Shown here: one piece after another, positions 57,326-64,000 of the stretch
Layout of the letters: each line of letters opens with the position of its first letter
Position numbering within the stretch: the first letter of the stretch is position 1
NCBI GenBank assembly: GCA_020846775.1
Contig: JADLDG010000023.1
Location: 211,948-275,947, forward strand
DNA length: 64,000 nt
Direction of reading: 5' to 3'
Source of the DNA: Nitrospirota bacterium
Lineage (GTDB): Bacteria; Nitrospirota; 9FT-COMBO-42-15; HDB-SIOI813
The notes under the pieces: model-generated
The model's input: only the letters and a program-made list of their open reading frames with translations
Database searches by the model: none
Told to the model about the DNA's origin: nothing
Translations under genes and position numbers: made by a program

Positions 57326-59169
57326 TTTAAATATTGCCTTACTATCAGAACCCTCAAGCCATCACTCCCGGCTGCCATATATATATTTCCGTCTTCGCCG
57401 GCAAAGATGTTAGATATTGAGTCAACCTCATCAAACTCCAGGGACGAGGCAGGTTTATCCGGCATATTAGTATCATAGAGGAGAATCTTTCTATCACCTG
57501 TAATATACAGCTTGTCATCATTAATAACTATATCCTTGATATTGAAACCAACATTATTCCGTCTCTTTTTTTTGATCTTCTTTGGATCTGATACATCAAA
57601 CGTTAAAAGGATATCATGATCTGCAGCGTAGGCAAAAGCCCCCCTGATCTCCATATCGCTGATAGCTCCGGCCTGAAATTCATTTATTTTTACAGGCGCT
57701 TCGGGAATGCTGACATCAGCTATTTCTAACCACCCTTCACCCTCTGATATGAGAATATTACCCTTTGAGAATGATATCTTCCGGGGGATGGCACGCGTCA
57801 TAAATCTGGAAATGAGACGAGGTCTTGTTATGACTGAAAGATCCATTATTACAATACCATTTTCTCCATCAGCAAGGAAGGCATGTGTACCATCAACTAT
57901 TACATTGTTTGAGAAACCCCTCGTATCCAGACCGCCAACCCTAACAGGTCTGTATGGATCTGTGAAATCAACTATTTGAAGACCGGCATCTCCGGCGGCA
58001 ATAAATGCCAGGTTATCACGGATAAATAAATCCCTCGAATCACCTGGCAATTCCAGTTCTGCTATCCACGCAGGATTCTCGGGATTGCTCACGTCAATAA
58101 CCTGGAACCCCTTTGAACCTGCCGCAAGATAAGCATACTTACCCCTTACATACAGATCATGCGCAAAGCCATAATATCCGTATCCCCCTGTCTCAAAAGG
58201 ATGACCGGCATCCTTGATATTTATAACCTTTAAACCACCCTCCCAATCTGCCACATAAGCAAAATCATCCTTTACCTTCACATCCCATGCCATACCACTG
58301 GTGTCAACACTCCCTTTTGTCTCAGGGTTACGGGGATCACTAATATTCACTATCTGCAAACCTGCCTTCCAGTCAGCAATAAACGCATATTTGCCGGAGA
58401 CGGTAATACCCCTCGCGTTTCCCGGTGTCTTGATCTTACCAACTAACACGGGCTTAGCCGGATCTTTCACATCCAGGATGTGGAGTTCGGAATCATACGA
58501 AACAACAAAGGCAAGTCCATTCCTGACAAAAACATCCTCAGCGCCAGTCAATGCAGGATAAACCGCGGCAAGTACAGGTTTTTCAGGCGCATGCACATCA
58601 ATTATCAGGAGGCCTGACTTGTCTGCAGCGACGTATGCAAATCCGTCCATTACTGTTATACCCCAGGCAAGCCCTTTTGTCTCAAATCTGCTCATGAGTC
58701 GAGGTTGCGATGGGTCATTCACATCAAGAATAGACACCCCGCCCCTGTGGTCTGCCACATAAAGAATATCACCAACTACCTCTACAATGTAGGCAAGCCC
58801 CTGAGTCTGATAATGGCTGATTACCTTTGAATTGAGTGGATCACTGACATCTATAACCTGAAGGCCGTGATCGTCATCGCCAACATAGGCAATGTTATCT
58901 TTTACAAATATCCCCTTTGGTGAACCCGGGGTATGGATATTTGTCAGGTGTACAGGCTTATACGGATATGTTATATCATAGATATGCAGTCCTGAATACC
59001 AGTCTGCGAGATAGAGATAATTCCCGGTTATGAATATCTTCCTTGCATAACCTCCCTTGGTAATGTCGCTTAGAGCAGCGCTGTCTGACTTGGAAGATAT
59101 CAGCAGAATAATACTAGTTATTATCAGTGAAATGGCCCATCTAAGCTTAATCATAAACTCTCGCCTCAA
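57322..59169 (-). CDS. Secreted LVIVD-repeat beta-propeller protein
   Basis: Signal peptide plus 14 repeats of about 42 aa (AYVAD..GL.IIDVSDP..P); ATGA overlap with aspA. Confidence 0.9.
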   Translation of the reverse strand: MRREFMIKLRWAISLIITSIILLISSKSDSAALSDITKGGYARKIFITGNYLYLADWYSGLHIYDITYPYKPVHLTNIHTPGSPKGIFVKDNIAYVGDDDHGLQVIDVSDPLNSKVISHYQTQGLAYIVEVVGDILYVADHRGGVSILDVNDPSQPRLMSRFETKGLAWGITVMDGFAYVAADKSGLLIIDVHAPEKPVLAAVYPALTGAEDVFVRNGLAFVVSYDSELHILDVKDPAKPVLVGKIKTPGNARGITVSGKYAFIADWKAGLQIVNISDPRNPETKGSVDTSGMAWDVKVKDDFAYVADWEGGLKVINIKDAGHPFETGGYGYYGFAHDLYVRGKYAYLAAGSKGFQVIDVSNPENPAWIAELELPGDSRDLFIRDNLAFIAAGDAGLQIVDFTDPYRPVRVGGLDTRGFSNNVIVDGTHAFLADGENGIVIMDLSVITRPRLISRFMTRAIPRKISFSKGNILISEGEGWLEIADVSIPEAPVKINEFQAGAISDMEIRGAFAYAADHDILLTFDVSDPKKIKKKRRNNVGFNIKDIVINDDKLYITGDRKILLYDTNMPDKPASSLEFDEVDSISNIFAGEDGNIYMAAGSDGLRVLIVRQYLK

Positions 59170-59263
59170 AACTTAAGTGCGTTAATAGTGACTCCGATAT
59201 TTAAAAATGTTTTATCATGAAAAATACAATAAATTGTCCTGAAAAGCAAATAATGTCTGCCAG

Positions 59264-59686
59264 ATGAATACAGAATCACTTATAACTGAGTTATATAGCG
59301 GCCTTCAATTCATGAAGGCCAGTGCATTTCCCAAGAAATGCCAGAGTTGTGGCAAGGTTTATGACAACGCCAATGACTTCTTTATTCAAACGCAGTCACT
59401 CAGAGGCAAGAGCGGCCTCAGGCACTCTCTTGATGACGATGATAAGTCCCTTGTGGAATTATTCCGCAACTGTATCTGCGGTTCAACAATGATGGAGGAA
59501 TGCAGGGACAGAAGGGACACATCCGAAATGGGATTGCGAAGACGGGAGAAGTTCGGTCAGCTGCTTGATCTATTGAAAAACTCAGGGATAGATGCCGGGA
59601 TTGCACGTGAGGAACTTCTCAGGGTAATGCGCGGAGAACAAAGCGATGTTTTGCATCACCTTGGAGTGCCGATGAAAATCAGATAA
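59264..59686 (+). CDS. Conserved hypothetical protein with CxxC / CxC motifs
   Basis: FPKKCQSCG...FRNCICGST; 140 aa, fills the gap between LVIVD gene and cstA. Confidence 0.7.
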   Translation: MNTESLITELYSGLQFMKASAFPKKCQSCGKVYDNANDFFIQTQSLRGKSGLRHSLDDDDKSLVELFRNCICGSTMMEECRDRRDTSEMGLRRREKFGQLLDLLKNSGIDAGIAREELLRVMRGEQSDVLHHLGVPMKIR

Positions 59687-59715
59687 GTCCGCTAATACCA
59701 TATTCAGACCATCAA

Positions 59716-61656
59716 CTAATGAACCTCCAGGTCAGTTGCCCATTCAACTACTTCGCTCGTTACTATCTCTCTTTTCCCTGCCAGGTAGCCATACCATTTA
59801 ACAAATGAATCTGCTACAACAATAACCGCAAGTATCGCCATAGAGGCGACCAGTACTGCATCAAGCCTGAATGAAAATGCGTCAGAAGAGGCCGCTGAAT
59901 TTGCCGCCTTTACAAGAAACATATCCATCAGTTTATACGATGCAGTCATAGTCATGGTGAACATAAACAGCATCGGGATAAATGTGACCCATGCATACCG
60001 TAACTTACCCATCTTTATAATTACTGTCGTTCCGATACAAAACGCAAGCGCTGCAAGGAGCTGGTTAGCCACACCGAACATCGGCCAGATGGTAGATATG
60101 CTCCCTGAATATATCAAATAGCCCCATGCACCGACTACAATCAGGCTTGTCAGTATAGTTCCAGGAATCCAGTCAGACTTCGCTAACGGCTTATATGCAT
60201 ACCCCCCCAATTCCTGAATAATAAATCTCGCCACCCGAGTCCCTGTATCTACTGTCGTCAAAATAAATAGCGCCTCAAACATAAGGGCAAAGTTATACCA
60301 GTATGGCATGAGCCCCCTCATCCCTGGAAGGCTTGAGAATATATATGCCATTCCAACTGCAAGTGAGACCGCGCCCCCAGGACGCCCTGCTACATTCGTT
60401 CCTACCAATCCCGACAGCTCGTGTACCTTAGAAACAGGGAAACCCAACTGAGCCAGCGCATCAAATGACAATGTTGTATTGATGGCAAAATAATCTCCAG
60501 GTATTAATATAGTTGCTGCAACTACCGCGACAACAGCCACAAATCCCTCCATCAGCATAGCGCCAAAGCCAATAATCTTTATCTCTGACTCCTTTTGAAT
60601 CATCTTTGGTGTAGTACCTGAAGATATCAGTGAATGAAACCCTGAGACAGCGCCGCAGGCAATAGTTATAAACATGAAGGGGAAGATGGCGCCTGGGATA
60701 ACAGGCCCCCCGCCGCTGACAAAATGTGTTACCGCGGGCATCTGAATTTCAGGCGCCAGGAAAAGTACCCCCGCAGCAAGGAGTGCAACGGTTCCTATTT
60801 TCATGTATGTTGATAGATAATCTCTTGGACAGAGGAGCAGCCATACAGGAAGGACTGACGCAATAAATCCATACGCAGCCATACTGAATACGAGGGTATT
60901 GCGCGAAAGATTAAAATAAGGTTCAAGAAATGATCCCGGGATATATTGACCGGTTATAACTGCCAGCAGCAACAGTGTCACACCGATTACACTGACTTCT
61001 CCCACTCTGCCATATCTTATCTTATACAGATAAATGCCCATGAATAACGCGATAGGCATCGTCGCAGCTATAGTAAAGGTCCCCCATGTACTTCTGGTCA
61101 GTGCATTGACTACTGCCAATCCGAGACCGGCCAGCGCTACCAGGATGATAAAAAGTATTGCAAGGGCGGCAGTGATTCCTGCAACCGGACCGATCTCATC
61201 TTTTGCAATCTGTGCGAGGGATCGTCCGTTCCTTCTGACAGATGCTGTAAGAATGACAGTATCATGCACTGCGCCGCCAAGTGAGGCCCCTATCAATATC
61301 CAGAGAAACCCCGGAAGGTATCCGAATTGTGCGGCCAGGACGGGCCCAATCAAAGGCCCTGCGCCGGCAATAGCCGCAAAGTGATGGCCAAACAATACCC
61401 ATTTATGCGTTGGATGATAATCCCTTCCATCAGCCATTCTATTGGACGGGGTAAGTCTCCTGTCATTAAGTACAAGTACCTTAGAAGTAATAAATGAACC
61501 ATATAGCCGGTATGTGATTGTAAAGATACATGCAGCCGCCACCACAAGCCAAAGCGCATTAACCTTCTCTGCAGGATTAATTATCTGAGCAGCAACGGCA
61601 AGGGCAAATGCGCCGGTTACAGCAAGTATTACATTAATAATTGTTGATATTTTCAT
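59716..61656 (-). CDS. cstA: Carbon starvation protein A family transporter
   Basis: GHHFAAIAGAGP, LLCPRDYLS, TIACGAVSGFH, DTGTR, IWPMFGVANQL. Confidence 0.95.
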   Translation of the reverse strand: MKISTIINVILAVTGAFALAVAAQIINPAEKVNALWLVVAAACIFTITYRLYGSFITSKVLVLNDRRLTPSNRMADGRDYHPTHKWVLFGHHFAAIAGAGPLIGPVLAAQFGYLPGFLWILIGASLGGAVHDTVILTASVRRNGRSLAQIAKDEIGPVAGITAALAILFIILVALAGLGLAVVNALTRSTWGTFTIAATMPIALFMGIYLYKIRYGRVGEVSVIGVTLLLLAVITGQYIPGSFLEPYFNLSRNTLVFSMAAYGFIASVLPVWLLLCPRDYLSTYMKIGTVALLAAGVLFLAPEIQMPAVTHFVSGGGPVIPGAIFPFMFITIACGAVSGFHSLISSGTTPKMIQKESEIKIIGFGAMLMEGFVAVVAVVAATILIPGDYFAINTTLSFDALAQLGFPVSKVHELSGLVGTNVAGRPGGAVSLAVGMAYIFSSLPGMRGLMPYWYNFALMFEALFILTTVDTGTRVARFIIQELGGYAYKPLAKSDWIPGTILTSLIVVGAWGYLIYSGSISTIWPMFGVANQLLAALAFCIGTTVIIKMGKLRYAWVTFIPMLFMFTMTMTASYKLMDMFLVKAANSAASSDAFSFRLDAVLVASMAILAVIVVADSFVKWYGYLAGKREIVTSEVVEWATDLEVH

Positions 61657-61672
61657 TCGATAAAAGAGCCTC

Positions 61673-62470
61673 TCAATCACTCCTCACAGTATTCACTCTC
61701 TTGTACATTCCCGGCAGCAGTCTATCATATTTATTGCACAACTTTTCAAAAAAGATATCTGCAAGAGTTAAAAGGTTTTTAGTATCAGCCTCATTATATC
61801 TGACCAGCAAATCAAGTGCCTTGTTGTCGCCATGCATGTAGCGGTTCCACAGAATAACGGCATCATATCCGCTCATTCCTGTTACGTCTTCATCTCTGCC
61901 GATTCCAAGATATGTCTCAACCTTCTTGAGTCCTCCTTTCAGGCCCAGCTTGTGTCCCGCCGGACACAGATCAAAGTGTGGAAGATTTATACTGAATCCT
62001 GGAAAACACTTCTTAAGGAACGGAATATCGAAGCTGCGTCCGGCAAATGTTATAAGAAGCTTATATTGTGACATTACATCTGTTAATATCCTATGATCCA
62101 GATTTATGCCTTGAATAAATGTCTTCATACCACCGGAATCATATAATCCTACTATAGTTACGGCATTATCACCTGGGAAACTCCCCGTTGTCTCTATATC
62201 AAGACATACAGAATCCTTTCGAAATTCATTAAACATACGCCAATGCTCTGCATAGTCAAGCTTTGACAGAAAATAGACACTATCTGAATTGTTTAAAGCT
62301 GAAATAGCATCAGACAAATGGGTATCATACAGAGCCTTTCTTTCCAGGGATATACCACGGATATGTTTCATGCCAAGAAAGTCATCCCATGTGAATGCCC
62401 CTTCCCTCCAGATATGTCTTTCAAGCCTCGCCCCGATGCCGGGTAGAAAACAGAATGTTTTTCTTATCAT
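61673..62470 (-). CDS. YprB-like RNase H-fold (DEDD) exonuclease domain protein
   Basis: N-terminal HhH-like LPGIG, LDIETTG, SFDIPFL, GGLKKVE, YNEAD; start set at ATG 62470. Confidence 0.85.
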   Translation of the reverse strand: MIRKTFCFLPGIGARLERHIWREGAFTWDDFLGMKHIRGISLERKALYDTHLSDAISALNNSDSVYFLSKLDYAEHWRMFNEFRKDSVCLDIETTGSFPGDNAVTIVGLYDSGGMKTFIQGINLDHRILTDVMSQYKLLITFAGRSFDIPFLKKCFPGFSINLPHFDLCPAGHKLGLKGGLKKVETYLGIGRDEDVTGMSGYDAVILWNRYMHGDNKALDLLVRYNEADTKNLLTLADIFFEKLCNKYDRLLPGMYKRVNTVRSD

Positions 62471-62518
62471 CCTTTTGATTTTAATATCATAATGACGTTT
62501 AATCAAGGGTGTGATAAA

Positions 62519-64000
62519 ATGATATTTCTCATGATGTCCAGGAAACGATTCGGGATTCAATTCAAAATATTCATATCCCTCCTGATTGTGGGGCTGCTTT
62601 CCGGGTTGGTCTTCCTCTTCTTCACATTCATGACTGAGACGAGGGTTATTGAAGATTCATTTGGCCCTGTATTTCAGACAATTGCAACAGAGACCTCAAA
62701 GAAGATAGACATGGTTATTAACAAGAGGGCTCAGGATGCCAGGTCTCTCGCCATAATGCTGGGTACAAACTACAATTCATTATCCGGACCTGAAATAGAA
62801 AATTACATTGAACGATACCAGAGAGAAAGAGGTGATGAGGTAATCTCAATCCTGGTTAGAAATAATAACGGCACCAGGATAGCTTCTGCCAAAGGCGGGA
62901 CATATTCACAGAAACAATCAACCAGGACATTTGTTGAGAGATACTTCCTCAGTGAAATAGATTTTGATGAGGTTAAACAGACCTCATCAATCTCAATGTC
63001 TGTTCCCATTACCGATAGCCTTACAGGTGAAATTGAAGGATCTCTCAATGTACTATTTGACCTGAGAGAGGTCTTTGGAATAATCTACGACCTGAAGATA
63101 TGGAAGACCGGTCATACGGACCTTGTTGAATCTGACGGAACTCTGATAGCTTGTTCATTATCATCTTCGCCAACCCATAAGATCAGTAATTATCTTTTAT
63201 CCCAGGTCTCCTCATCGGAACCTGGCTGGAAGCGGGCGTATAATGAGGAACATAGCAGAACAAATAGTATAATTGGTTACTCTCCGGTTAAAACAACCAT
63301 TGATACTGCAAATTATTCTTTAAGAGGAAAGAGGCTGTATGTACTGGTTAGCCAATTCTATCAGGAGGCATATCCCACGTTATATAATCTCCTGTGGAAG
63401 GCATTACTATTAAGCCCTGCTGCAATTGTCATTCTCGCATTCCTGGTTTATATTACCGGGAAATGGATCGCAAAACCTATCAAAGTCCTGAGTGAGGGAG
63501 TTGAGTTGATGGGACAGGGACAACTCAATCATGACTTAAATATACATACAGGGGATGAGATTGAACAACTCGCTGATAATTTCACACAAATGGCGAAAAA
63601 CCTTGGACGCAAATTTGAAGAGATCCGCCTGGAGAAGGACAAGTTAAACACAGTAATGGACAATCTTGGCGACGGATTACTCATACTTGATCAGGACTGT
63701 AAGATCAGCCATATGAATTCGAAATTTGTTAAAGAATTGGGGATGGCTTCAATCGGGAAGTCATGCAGAGACGTTTTTGGATTTCGGGATGCCTTCTGTA
63801 ATGACTGTACTGTAAAAAAGGAAGTGGACTTCAGACCCCATACATTTGAGGCTGATACAAATAAAGGACGCTCATATATAATTACCCACTCGAGAATAAA
63901 GAACATTGATGGCACATTATCCACAGTGGAGGTCTTTACAGATATAACCGACCGGAAACGCCTTGAGCATCAACTCCTGTATACAGAGAGGATTTCAGCG
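62519..64000 (+). CDS. Sensor histidine kinase, N-terminal part (TM-Cache-like-TM-HAMP-PAS), runs off window
   Basis: Manually translated, 494 codons with no stop: MIFLMMSRKRFGIQFKIF..., HAMP KPIKVLSEG...TGDEIEQLADNF..M, PAS DNLGDGLLILD...DITDRK, ending LEHQLLYTERISA (start of DHp). Not in ORF track. Confidence 0.88.
   Translation, partial: MIFLMMSRKRFGIQFKIFISLLIVGLLSGLVFLFFTFMTETRVIEDSFGPVFQTIATETSKKIDMVINKRAQDARSLAIMLGTNYNSLSGPEIENYIERYQRERGDEVISILVRNNNGTRIASAKGGTYSQKQSTRTFVERYFLSEIDFDEVKQTSSISMSVPITDSLTGEIEGSLNVLFDLREVFGIIYDLKIWKTGHTDLVESDGTLIACSLSSSPTHKISNYLLSQVSSSEPGWKRAYNEEHSRTNSIIGYSPVKTTIDTANYSLRGKRLYVLVSQFYQEAYPTLYNLLWKALLLSPAAIVILAFLVYITGKWIAKPIKVLSEGVELMGQGQLNHDLNIHTGDEIEQLADNFTQMAKNLGRKFEEIRLEKDKLNTVMDNLGDGLLILDQDCKISHMNSKFVKELGMASIGKSCRDVFGFRDAFCNDCTVKKEVDFRPHTFEADTNKGRSYIITHSRIKNIDGTLSTVEVFTDITDRKRLEHQLLYTERISA

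Noticed and set aside
1587-63924. The many 60-230 aa ORFs nested in or antisense to long genes (e.g. 4515-5159, 15089-15628, 16853-17539, 35657-36112)
   Set aside because: No motifs, no RBS support, fully overlapped by well-supported genes on another frame or strand

Overview
Bacterial chromosomal window, densely coding. The lineage cannot be fixed from sequence alone; gene content is compatible with Nitrospirota or a Desulfobacterota-like organism (inference). Left part (1-23.6 kb) is a compositionally mosaic block: N-ATPase-type atpD (runs off the left edge, absent from the ORF track), gnd, a translationally coupled AcvB/VirJ-TolC-MFP-RND operon, glgP, a degP-RR-HK operon with an OmpR-type direct-repeat box, tkt, an AT-rich tal-pgi fusion broken by a 1-nt frameshift, and zwf. 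The middle has maf, an HI0933-family flavoprotein, hsp20, PilZ, an ALDH, and a divergent four-gene cluster (HEAT-repeat + processive GT2 | YaiO-type barrel + LtaS-like transferase) that looks like an uncharacterised exopolysaccharide system. Next come dnaE-accA-Zn ribbon-nth and an Rrf2-headed aa3-type (A2) oxidase locus. That locus is the most unusual part: catalytic subunit I and subunit II both lack the canonical K-channel residues, and the operon carries a second COX1-fold protein without CuB ligands plus an unannotated single-TM peptide. The right part has a DUF6502-DUF5666-ATP-grasp-small membrane protein operon with a palindrome over its -10, an LVIVD-aspA-VIT1-CBS-PPase run, cstA, a YprB-like nuclease and a sensor kinase running off the right edge. 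No rRNA, tRNA, CRISPR array, transposase or integrase was recognised. Family names come from motif recognition, not database searches.
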